Below are positions 16,437-24,305 of a DNA stretch of 46,060 nt, piece after piece. The position numbers and the translations under genes were made by a program. The number at the start of each line of letters is the position of its first letter. The first letter of the stretch is position 1. The DNA comes from a bacterium. GTDB taxonomy: Bacteria; Patescibacteriota; Gracilibacteria; UBA1369; GCA-2718715. Location: assembly GCA_030426295.1 (NCBI GenBank), contig JAUHYY010000001.1, positions 1 to 46,060 of the forward strand, read 5' to 3'. The notes beneath the pieces were generated by a model. That model saw only the letters and a list, made by a program, of their open reading frames with translations. It made no database searches and was not told the origin of the DNA.

Positions 16437-16442
16437 TTTCAT

Positions 16443-16470
16443 TTGACTTTTTTAAGAGCTTGGCTAAAAT
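16443..16470 (+). promoter_or_regulatory. Promoter for tRNA-Asp (TTGACT-16-TAAAAT)
   Basis: TTGACT at 16443-16448 and TAAAAT at 16465-16470; the mature tRNA 5' end is at 16489. Confidence 0.55.
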
Positions 16471-16488
16471 GCAAAAGCTCTTTCAAAT

Positions 16489-16565
16489 GGGGTCGTAGTT
16501 CAGTTGGTTAGAACGCCTGCCTGTCACGCAGGAGGTCGCGAGTTCGAGTCTCGTCGATCCCGCCA
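16489..16565 (+). tRNA. tRNA-Asp (anticodon GUC), CCA encoded
   Basis: Acceptor stem ggggtcg/cgatccc, anticodon arm cctgc-ctGTCac-gcagg, T arm gcgagttcgagtctcgt, discriminator G followed by CCA. Confidence 0.95.
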
Positions 16566-16581
16566 TTACAAAGCACAATAT

Positions 16582-16608
16582 AATACACATGAAGATGTGT
16601 ATTTTTTG
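16582..16608 (+). terminator. Rho-independent terminator after tRNA-Asp
   Basis: Stem aatacacat pairs with atgtgtatt, loop gaag, followed by tttttt. Confidence 0.8.
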
Positions 16609-16641
16609 TTTGTGCTTGAACATATTTTGACACGGTGTTAC

Positions 16642-16660
16642 TATCCCCTTACAGGGGATA
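16642..16660. promoter_or_regulatory. Putative CsoR operator (TATCCCCT-tac-AGGGGATA)
   Basis: Perfect 8-bp inverted repeat with C4/G4 tracts, 17 nt upstream of the csoR ATG. This is the G/C-tract palindrome style known for CsoR-family operators. Confidence 0.65.
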
Positions 16661-16676
16661 TATTTAATTTGTAGTT

Positions 16677-16949
16677 ATGGACAAACGTAAGAAGAAAACG
16701 GCTAAAGAGAGGGCTATTCATAGAGTCCGAATAATTAAGGGGCATTTGAATAAGATAGAAAAAATGCTTCAAGATGATGTTTACTGTGTTGATTTAATCC
16801 ATCAATCAAGAGCAGTTCAGAGTGCATTAAAAAAAATGGATATGCTTCTGATTGAGAATCATTTGAAGCATTGTCACTTGAATCATATTAAGTCGGGTGA
16901 AACTGACAAAGCGATAACTGAATTATTAACTCTTTTTAATTATAAATAA
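16677..16949 (+). CDS. csoR: CsoR-family copper-sensing transcriptional repressor
   Basis: RIIKGHLNKIEKMLQDDVYCVDLIHQSRAVQSALKKM...HLKHC shows the Cys-His-Cys ligand pattern. TAATG overlap with the next gene. Confidence 0.85.
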   Translation: MDKRKKKTAKERAIHRVRIIKGHLNKIEKMLQDDVYCVDLIHQSRAVQSALKKMDMLLIENHLKHCHLNHIKSGETDKAITELLTLFNYK

Positions 16950-18295
16950 TGTCAAAAGATAAACTTAAAAAATTAGAATTATATATTGAAGGAATGCATT
17001 GTCCCGCTTGTGAGATATTGATTGAGAAGGAACTCCTTAAGATAGATGGGGTCGAATATGTTGATGTTTCTATGGGAACTCGTAATGCAATTTTATATAT
17101 GCAGTCGAGTACTACAATAAATTTTAAGAAAATATCTAATAAGCTTAAAAAGTTAGATTACAAATTGTTGAGAGATAGAGCTGACCAAGATACAAAACCT
17201 CAAATTTTTAAGAGTTTGAGTGTAGCTGTGTTATTGTTGGTGGTTTTTATAGTTTTTGAAAAGTTCCAGCTGGCTAAGTTTGTAAATTTTGATAGTAATT
17301 TATCATTTGTTTCAGCGTTTGTTCTTGGATTAGTTGCTAGTGTTTCAAGTTGCGCAGCATTAATTGGAGGTGTTTTACTTTCGCTTTCAAAGCATTGGCA
17401 TAGTAATGTAGTGAGCAAGCATGTTGGTTTTCATATCTCTAGGATTATCGCTTTTTTTATTTTAGGTGGTCTGCTTGGTTCTGTTGGATCATTATTTAAA
17501 TTTGATGGTTTATTTTTTGCATCAATATTGGTGATTTTAGTTTCTCTTTTAATGCTTTTGATTGCCTTGCAAATGCTGGATTTCGAGTTTGCACAAAAGT
17601 TGAGATTAGGAATACCAAAATCTTGGGGTGCAAAAATTGCTGAGAAAAGTGAGTCAGGAAGTTCTGCCTATCTTGTAGGTGCTTTAACATTTTTCTTGCC
17701 TTGTGGATTTACACTTATCGCCCAAGGTGCTGCTCTTGCTTCAGGTTCGTTTGGTGAGGGTGCAGGGATAATGCTCGCTTTTGCTTATGGTACGTTGCCT
17801 GCTTTGGTAGTTCTTAGCTTGACTAGCGTTCAGTTTAGAAAGAAGCCGCATTTTAGTGTGTTGTTTAATCAGGTTGTAGGTTTTATTTTAGTTTTCTTTG
17901 CTTTGTATAACATTAATAGTCAGATGAACGTATTAGGCTTACCAAGCTTATCTGATATAAACCTTTCAAAAGAAGTTTCTCAAGATATTGATTTTAGTAG
18001 TTCATATGATCAATCAACCGAATATCAAATTATTAAGTTAGTTTCAGAAGGTTTTGATTATTTTCTAGTAGGTGAGAATACATTTCAGGCTGGTGTTCCT
18101 ACGAAGTTAGTGGTTGATAATAAGGGAGTTTATGGATGTGCAGCAGCGTTATCAGTCTTTGGTCTAACAGATAATTTTACAATTCTTGAGCCTGGCGAAA
18201 ATGTTATAGATTTAGGGGCTCCTAAATCTGGTAATTATAAAATTACTTGTTCTATGGGAATGGTTCAGCCGGTGACAGTTAAATTTAAATCTTAA
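16949..18295 (+). CDS. Fusion protein: N-terminal HMA (CopZ-like) domain, DsbD_2/TauE-like polytopic membrane domain, C-terminal cupredoxin-like domain
   Basis: GMHCPACE (HMA); membrane Cys motifs VSSCAALIGG and FFLPCGFTL; C-terminal GVYGCAAAL...YKITCSMGMVQP resembles Cupredoxin_1-type domains. Confidence 0.7.
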   Translation: MSKDKLKKLELYIEGMHCPACEILIEKELLKIDGVEYVDVSMGTRNAILYMQSSTTINFKKISNKLKKLDYKLLRDRADQDTKPQIFKSLSVAVLLLVVFIVFEKFQLAKFVNFDSNLSFVSAFVLGLVASVSSCAALIGGVLLSLSKHWHSNVVSKHVGFHISRIIAFFILGGLLGSVGSLFKFDGLFFASILVILVSLLMLLIALQMLDFEFAQKLRLGIPKSWGAKIAEKSESGSSAYLVGALTFFLPCGFTLIAQGAALASGSFGEGAGIMLAFAYGTLPALVVLSLTSVQFRKKPHFSVLFNQVVGFILVFFALYNINSQMNVLGLPSLSDINLSKEVSQDIDFSSSYDQSTEYQIIKLVSEGFDYFLVGENTFQAGVPTKLVVDNKGVYGCAAALSVFGLTDNFTILEPGENVIDLGAPKSGNYKITCSMGMVQPVTVKFKS

Positions 18296-18305
18296 TTAAA
18301 ATTGT

Positions 18306-20585
18306 ATGAAGAAAGAAAGTTATTCTATTGTTGGGATGCACTGTGCATCATGTAAGCGTTTAATTGAAATGCAGCTTAATGATAGTGATGGAGTTGATAA
18401 GGCTACTGTTAATTATTCAACTGAGACGCTTTACATTGAATACGATGATACAAAACTTGATTTTGATAAGTTAGCTTCAATTGTTTCGGGTGCGGGTAAT
18501 TATAAATTGGTGAAGGATGATGCTGAAAAGCAAGATGAAAAAAACAAAGAGTATATGGTTTTGAAAAAAAGGTTAGTTGTAACAGGAGTTGCATTAGTAC
18601 CATTTGCTTTAATGATGGTTGCTATGATTTTAGATCTATTGGGCGTTATCAAAATGATGCATGCACCTTTAGGACTCTTTAATTTTAATGGTGTAGATAT
18701 AAATATTTTTTATTTAGTTCAGTTTGTTTTTGCGTCTGTTATTTTATTCTACGGTGGCCGTGGATTTTATGTAGGAGCAATTAATGCTTTGAAATCAAAG
18801 AGTTCTAACATGGACACTTTAGTTGCCCTAGGTACAACTACAGCTTGGGTTTTTTCTTCTGTGGTTACTTTTTTCCCGAGTTTCTTTTCCGACGTTCAAC
18901 AAGATGTATTTTTTGAAGCGGCAGCATTTATCGTTTTCTTTATTTTACTAGGTAGGTTCTTTGAAGCTCGTGCAAAGTCACAGGCTAATGATGCAATCAA
19001 GAAGTTGTTTGAATTACAGGCTAAAGAGGCAATAGTTTTGGTGGATGGGAAAGAAGTAAAGAAAAATATTGATGAAATAAAAGTTGGTGATGTAGTGGTA
19101 GTTAGACCAGGTGAGAAAATTGTTTTGGATGGCGTTATAGTAGAAGGTAAAGGTGCTATCGATGAGTCTGCTGTAACGGGTGAATCTATTCCTGTTGAGA
19201 AAGCCGAAGGTGATGAAGTTATTGGTGCAACAGTTAACAAAACAGGTTCGTTTAAGTTTGAGGTGCGTAAGGTGCAAGAAGAGACTCTTCTGTCACAGAT
19301 AATTAAGTTGGTTGAAGAGGCACAAGGAACTCATGCACCTATACAAAAGTTAGCTGATAAGATTTCTGGAATTTTTGTTCCGGTTGTAATATTGGTTGCA
19401 GTTATTAGTTTTGTATTTTGGTATTTCTTTGCAGAGTCAATAGGTATTAACTTGCCTGGAAATACTCTCTCGACAGCGTTATATATTGCTACGGCTGTAT
19501 TAATAATTGCTTGTCCGTGTGCACTTGGCTTAGCTACTCCTACTGCAGTAATGGTGGGTACAGGAGTTGCTGCAAAAAAAGGAATCCTTATTAAAGATGC
19601 TGAGTCGCTTGAGAATGCTCATAAGATTCAAGCTATAGTTTTTGATAAAACAGGTACTTTAACAGAAGGGCGTCCTGTGGTTGATAAAATTATTTCTGAA
19701 GCTGGAAAACAAAAAGAATATTTGAGAATTGCTGCTGCATTAGAACATCTTTCTGAGCATCCTCTTTCTGAGGCAATAAACCAGAAGGCTATTGATGAAG
19801 GGCTTGATTATTCTGATCTAAAAGTTGATGATTTTGCTTTAGAGGAAGGTATGGGAGTGAAAGGTAAAGTTGATGGTAAAGAAATTTGTATTGGTAATGA
19901 TAAGTTGATGGATAACTTTAAAGTTAAAAGAGATGATTCATTGAGTGACCAAGTATCGGAGTTCCATTCTCAAGGTAAAACAGTAATTTCAATGGCAATT
20001 GATGGTGTTCAAGTAGCAATTTTTGCACTATTTGATAAGCCAAAAGTTGAAGCAAAAAAAGCTGTTAATGCTCTTGATAAGAAAGGTATCAAAGTAATTA
20101 TGCTTACTGGTGACCATAAAGAAACTGCTCAATATGTTGCAGATGAGCTAGGTATTGATAGGGTTATTGCTCAGGTTTTACCAACAGAGAAAGCGATGCA
20201 CATTAAAGAGATAAAGAATGAGGGGCTTTATGTTGCGATGGTAGGTGATGGAATTAATGATGCTCCTGCTTTAGCGGAATCGGATATCGGTATTGCTATG
20301 GGGACTGGTACTGATGTTGCGAAGGAAACCGGAGATATTGTTTTAGTGCATGGAACGGTAGACAAAGTTGTTGAAGCAATCGAGATATCAAATAGTACTC
20401 TTAAAGTTGTTAAGCAAAATCTTGGTTGGGCTTTTGGCTATAATATTTTTGCTATACCAGTTGCTGCTGGAGTGATTTATCCATTCTTTGCAATTTTACT
20501 TTCACCAATAATAGCGAGTGCTGCTATGGCTTTTAGTTCTGTTTCTGTTGTTCTTAATAGCTTGAGACTTAAGCGTTTAAAGTAA
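18306..20585 (+). CDS. copA: Copper-translocating P1B-type ATPase
   Basis: [14 protein letters not shown] ([11 protein letters not shown]), [19 protein letters not shown]. Confidence 0.95.
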   Translation: MKKESYSIVGMHCASCKRLIEMQLNDSDGVDKATVNYSTETLYIEYDDTKLDFDKLASIVSGAGNYKLVKDDAEKQDEKNKEYMVLKKRLVVTGVALVPFALMMVAMILDLLGVIKMMHAPLGLFNFNGVDINIFYLVQFVFASVILFYGGRGFYVGAINALKSKSSNMDTLVALGTTTAWVFSSVVTFFPSFFSDVQQDVFFEAAAFIVFFILLGRFFEARAKSQANDAIKKLFELQAKEAIVLVDGKEVKKNIDEIKVGDVVVVRPGEKIVLDGVIVEGKGAIDESAVTGESIPVEKAEGDEVIGATVNKTGSFKFEVRKVQEETLLSQIIKLVEEAQGTHAPIQKLADKISGIFVPVVILVAVISFVFWYFFAESIGINLPGNTLSTALYIATAVLIIACPCALGLATPTAVMVGTGVAAKKGILIKDAESLENAHKIQAIVFDKTGTLTEGRPVVDKIISEAGKQKEYLRIAAALEHLSEHPLSEAINQKAIDEGLDYSDLKVDDFALEEGMGVKGKVDGKEICIGNDKLMDNFKVKRDDSLSDQVSEFHSQGKTVISMAIDGVQVAIFALFDKPKVEAKKAVNALDKKGIKVIMLTGDHKETAQYVADELGIDRVIAQVLPTEKAMHIKEIKNEGLYVAMVGDGINDAPALAESDIGIAMGTGTDVAKETGDIVLVHGTVDKVVEAIEISNSTLKVVKQNLGWAFGYNIFAIPVAAGVIYPFFAILLSPIIASAAMAFSSVSVVLNSLRLKRLK

Positions 20586-20592
20586 ACATTTC

Positions 20593-21987
20593 TTAGTGAA
20601 CCGGTACTTTGTCTAAGTCTATTTTGTTTAGTTCTCTGTTGATCCAGAAGTATCCTACAATTGCTGCGATTATGTTTCCGAGAACTAGGGCTATCCAAAC
20701 TGAGATGATTGGGTAGTTAAGAACTGTTGTGAATAAGTAGCTTAGAGGGATTGTGATGAATCCAATTCTTAGTAAGAAGATCCAGAATCCTGGCCATGAT
20801 TTACCGATTGATTGGAATGAAGTTGCTTCGATCATAAGGGCTGCTAAGAATCCGTAGCTTAGTGCGACTGTGTACATGTAGGTTGATGCGTAGCTGATAA
20901 CTTGAGGGTCTTCAGTGAAAACTTTGATTAGTGGATTTGCGAAAAGTGCTGCTACGAGGCCGAGTCCGGCTGCGCCGAGGAATCCATATTTAAGTGCTTT
21001 TCTGAATGAGGCTTTTGCTCTTTCTAAGTTTTTTGCTCCTAGGTTTTGACCTATCATTGCCATTGCTGCGAATCCGAATCCACCTGCTGGAAGATATGCA
21101 AAGAATTCGATTCTGAATCCAAGGCTGAATGCGATTGCTCCAGCTTCTTGGAATGAATTAGATACGATTTTAGTTACTAGTGCTAATCCAATTGGGAAAA
21201 TAACTTGAGTGAGTGATGCTGGGAATCCGATATCTAAAACTTTTTTAACTGATTGCCATTTGAAGGTTAGGTTTTTGAAATGGAATCGGACTTTTCTGTG
21301 ATCGCTTGAAAGAGATCTTAGGGCAATAACAATGAATACGAATTGTGAGATTAGTGTTGCTACTGCTGCCCCTGAGATGTTTAGTGCTGGAATTGGTCCC
21401 CATCCAAAAATAAGAAGAGGGTCGAGAATTAGGTTTATACCTGTTGAAATTGCGAAGAGTTTAGTAAGTGTGCTTGTGTCACCTTGCGAGTTGAAGGCGA
21501 ACATTATTGTCATTAGGGTGAACATTAAGATTGATCCGCCGGCTGTGATTGTGTAGTAGTCCATTGCCGGCTTGAAAATGTCGCCGGTTGCACCTGATGC
21601 GATAAGGAACGGTTCTTTAAATGTAAGTGCGACAATTGTGAAGAAGGCTGCAAGTATTGCACTTAGTACGAATGATTGACCGAGTACTCTTTCTGCTTCT
21701 GGTTTGTTTTCTGCTCCGATATGCATTGCCATGATTACTCCTGATCCTACGATTAACCCGAATCCAAGTGAGATCATTACAAATAATGTGATTTGAGAAA
21801 TGCTTACAGCTGCGATCGCTTCTGCTGAAAGTTTGCTTACCCAATAGGCGTCAACGAAGTTGTAGAGTGTGTAAAAGAACATTGATAACATCATTGGCCA
21901 TGCAACTGACCAGAGTTCTTTACCGATGTTTCCGTGACTTAAATCGTGGGTTTTATTTTCCATTTTGTTTTGGGTTAACTGGAGCAT
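20593..21987 (-). CDS. MATE-family efflux transporter
   Basis: 464 aa, 12-TM layout. LWSVAWPMMLSMFFYTLYNFVDAYWVSKLSAEAIAAVS is a typical MATE N-terminus. Confidence 0.85.
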   Translation of the reverse strand: MLQLTQNKMENKTHDLSHGNIGKELWSVAWPMMLSMFFYTLYNFVDAYWVSKLSAEAIAAVSISQITLFVMISLGFGLIVGSGVIMAMHIGAENKPEAERVLGQSFVLSAILAAFFTIVALTFKEPFLIASGATGDIFKPAMDYYTITAGGSILMFTLMTIMFAFNSQGDTSTLTKLFAISTGINLILDPLLIFGWGPIPALNISGAAVATLISQFVFIVIALRSLSSDHRKVRFHFKNLTFKWQSVKKVLDIGFPASLTQVIFPIGLALVTKIVSNSFQEAGAIAFSLGFRIEFFAYLPAGGFGFAAMAMIGQNLGAKNLERAKASFRKALKYGFLGAAGLGLVAALFANPLIKVFTEDPQVISYASTYMYTVALSYGFLAALMIEATSFQSIGKSWPGFWIFLLRIGFITIPLSYLFTTVLNYPIISVWIALVLGNIIAAIVGYFWINRELNKIDLDKVPVH

Positions 21988-22049
21988 TTTATGGGTTTTC
22001 TAAGAAAAAGCTAGGAGTTTTGAATGTTCAAAATATTAAAAGCGATGGT

Positions 22050-22835
22050 TTATTTGTATGGTTTTGCTGAATCCCATGCTATTTCGAATACGACTTGCCT
22101 GATGAATACAGCGATGTCTTTGTTTTCGATTATTGTGACGGTTCTTTTACCTTCTGTGTATGAAAGAAATCCTACTTTGTTGTTCCACGAGAAAAAACCA
22201 GCGGCCCAATGATATTTTTCGGGGAGGACTTTGATTGTGATTTTGTATTCTTTTGTTTTTTTGTTTAGCCGATCACCGTATTTGCATTTCGGGAATATAA
22301 GTCTTGTTGTTATTCCTTTTTTGGCACGTCGCTTTACGTAATCTTCTAAATAGTCAGGGTGAACAGCGTCAGCGAGTTGTTGTACGTAAGAGAAGAGCAG
22401 TACTTCGCCCTGCGCTTCAAGTGTTTCTTCAAGCATTTTTTTGAGGCCTGAAACTCCTTCATAAAATTTAACTGTTGGGCGAGCGGTGTCTTGGGATTTT
22501 ATTTTTGAAAGTAATTCAGCGATGTATCCAATGTTGGTCTCCATCTGCTTGAGTTCGTTGAGTTTTGTTTGGATAATTTGTTTTAGTGCTTTAGGGTCTT
22601 CTGCCAGTATTAGTCTACGTTTACCTTTGCGGGTTTCTGTTAAGAGTCCTTTCTTTATAAGTTGTTCTGCTGCGCTATGAACTGTCACTCTATTCATATT
22701 TAAGGATTTTGATATTTCTTGAATAGAGGATGGGCCTAACTGGAGTGATTTGATATAGATTTCGATTTCTCTGTCTGAGCAGTCAAAGCGTTTTAAATGA
22801 GACTTAACTCGGAATATTTCTTGCTCGTTTAGCAT
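22050..22835 (-). CDS. TrmB-family transcriptional regulator
   Basis: N-terminal wHTH REIEIYIKSLQLGPSSIQEISKSLNMNRVTVHSAAEQLIKKGLL, then a coiled-coil and a C-terminal effector-type domain. Confidence 0.75.
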   Translation of the reverse strand: MLNEQEIFRVKSHLKRFDCSDREIEIYIKSLQLGPSSIQEISKSLNMNRVTVHSAAEQLIKKGLLTETRKGKRRLILAEDPKALKQIIQTKLNELKQMETNIGYIAELLSKIKSQDTARPTVKFYEGVSGLKKMLEETLEAQGEVLLFSYVQQLADAVHPDYLEDYVKRRAKKGITTRLIFPKCKYGDRLNKKTKEYKITIKVLPEKYHWAAGFFSWNNKVGFLSYTEGKRTVTIIENKDIAVFIRQVVFEIAWDSAKPYK

Positions 22836-22837
22836 AA

Positions 22838-22856
22838 TGTAGAATAGATTTCTACA
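22838..22856. promoter_or_regulatory. Inverted repeat TGTAGAA-tagat-TTCTACA next to the trmB-like start codon
   Basis: Perfect 7-bp arms, 3 nt upstream of the minus-strand ATG at 22833-22835. Either an operator or a 5'-UTR hairpin. Confidence 0.45.
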
Positions 22857-22940
22857 AATATTATATCACGTATAAGTGGCTTTAACAAGCCTGTGGTGGT
22901 TTAATGAGGCCTGCTATAGATATGATTTGTAATGGAGGTA

Positions 22941-22969
22941 TTGACATTTAGGCGAAGTTATCTTATAGT
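22941..22969 (+). promoter_or_regulatory. Sigma-70-type promoter (TTGACA-17-TATAGT) for the Cys-rich protein operon
   Basis: TTGACA at 22941-22946 and TATAGT at 22964-22969. It lies inside the track ORF's N-terminal extension, which argues for the ATG 22992 start. Confidence 0.6.
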
Positions 22970-22991
22970 TAGATATTATTTAATAAAACCA

Positions 22992-23981
22992 ATGAATAAT
23001 TTTATAGAAAAATTTCAGACCTTATTGATTGATAAGCCTCGGTATAATGTGAAACACGTTAATGCTGAGAACTGTGATTATGCAGATACTGCGGTTAATA
23101 GTAAAAATTGCTATTATTCGTTTTGCGCTTTTTACTGTGAAGATGTTTATTATGCTCGTTACTCAAGAAAATGTAGCAATTGTAGTGGAATAACTTTTTG
23201 TGTTGGTTGTGAGTGGTGTGTTGAATGTATTGATTGTAGTAATTGTTATAAGTGTGATTACTCGCAATATTGTCAGAATTGTTCAGAATGTCAGTTTTGT
23301 CTTGATTGCTTTGGATGTAAGAATTGTTTTGGGTGTGTGGGCTTGTATCAAAAACAGTACTGCATGTTTAACGAGCAACTTACAAAAGAAGAATTTGAGA
23401 ATCGTTTGAAACAATTAGATTTATCTAATCCAGTGCATAAGGAGGCAGTTTATACACGGCTAGAAAGTTTGAAGGGGAAGGTTCCGGTTCTTGGGGTACA
23501 TAAATTTCAGACGGAGGATTGTGTGGGTGATAGCTTGACTGAGTGTAAAGGTTCTTATCAATGTTATGACGCTTTTGTACTTGAGTATTGTAATTACAAT
23601 ATTGAATGTAATGGGAATACGAATAGTACAGATTTGACGGTTTGTTTTGAGGTCGAGTGGTGTTACTCGTGTGTTCAGGCTCCGATTAATCATAATTGTA
23701 ATTTCTTGATGCATACTGACCAGTGTAGCGATAGTGAGTTTTGCGCTTATTCTAAGAATTTAAAGAATTGTTTTGGATGTGTTTATTTGGCGAATAAGGA
23801 GTACCACATTTTGAATGAGCCATATTCTCCGGAGGAATATGAGAAGAAAGTTGCTGAGATTAAGCAGGAATTAATGAGTCAGCGATTACATAATATGAGT
23901 TTGTATCTGGTTTCAGATTATGAACAGAAGCGTTTTCAAAGTGAGGACGATAGTGTTATTCAATCTATTTTAAAAATTTAA
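22992..23981 (+). CDS. Cysteine-rich repeat protein with internal duplication and many CxxC units
   Basis: CVGCEWCVECIDCSNCYKCDYSQYCQNCSECQFCLDCFGCKNCFGCVGLYQKQYCMFNEQLTKEEFE. The second half ends with the parallel LKNCFGCVYLANKEYHILNEPYSPEEYE. No signal peptide or TM segment. Confidence 0.7.
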   Translation: MNNFIEKFQTLLIDKPRYNVKHVNAENCDYADTAVNSKNCYYSFCAFYCEDVYYARYSRKCSNCSGITFCVGCEWCVECIDCSNCYKCDYSQYCQNCSECQFCLDCFGCKNCFGCVGLYQKQYCMFNEQLTKEEFENRLKQLDLSNPVHKEAVYTRLESLKGKVPVLGVHKFQTEDCVGDSLTECKGSYQCYDAFVLEYCNYNIECNGNTNSTDLTVCFEVEWCYSCVQAPINHNCNFLMHTDQCSDSEFCAYSKNLKNCFGCVYLANKEYHILNEPYSPEEYEKKVAEIKQELMSQRLHNMSLYLVSDYEQKRFQSEDDSVIQSILKI

Positions 23982-23990
23982 TTTTATATC

Positions 23991-24260
23991 ATGAATACTC
24001 AAACAGTTTTAAAATGTATGGATTGTTCGAAAGACTTTTTAGTTATCGATCAAGAAGCAAAGTTTTATGCAGATAAGGGACTGCCAAATCCTGATCAGTG
24101 TCCGGCTTGTCGGCATAAAATTCGTATGGCTCTTAGAAATGAAAGGGCTCTGTATAAGCGAACTTGTGATTGCTGTAATGAATCGATGTTGGCGACTTAT
24201 CCAGAGGATGCTCCTTATAAAGTTTATTGTCAGAAGTGTTTCTGGGAGAATGTTGGATAG
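23991..24260 (+). CDS. Small double zinc-ribbon protein
   Basis: Four Cys pairs: CMDC, CPAC, CDCC and CQKC. DQEAKFYADKGLPNPDQCPACRHKIRMALRNERALYKR resembles the 'probable zinc-ribbon' family (from memory). Confidence 0.65.
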   Translation: MNTQTVLKCMDCSKDFLVIDQEAKFYADKGLPNPDQCPACRHKIRMALRNERALYKRTCDCCNESMLATYPEDAPYKVYCQKCFWENVG

Positions 24261-24305
24261 TGATTTTGACAAGTGTTATACTTCGATCACTTTAAAAATG
24301 TTTTT

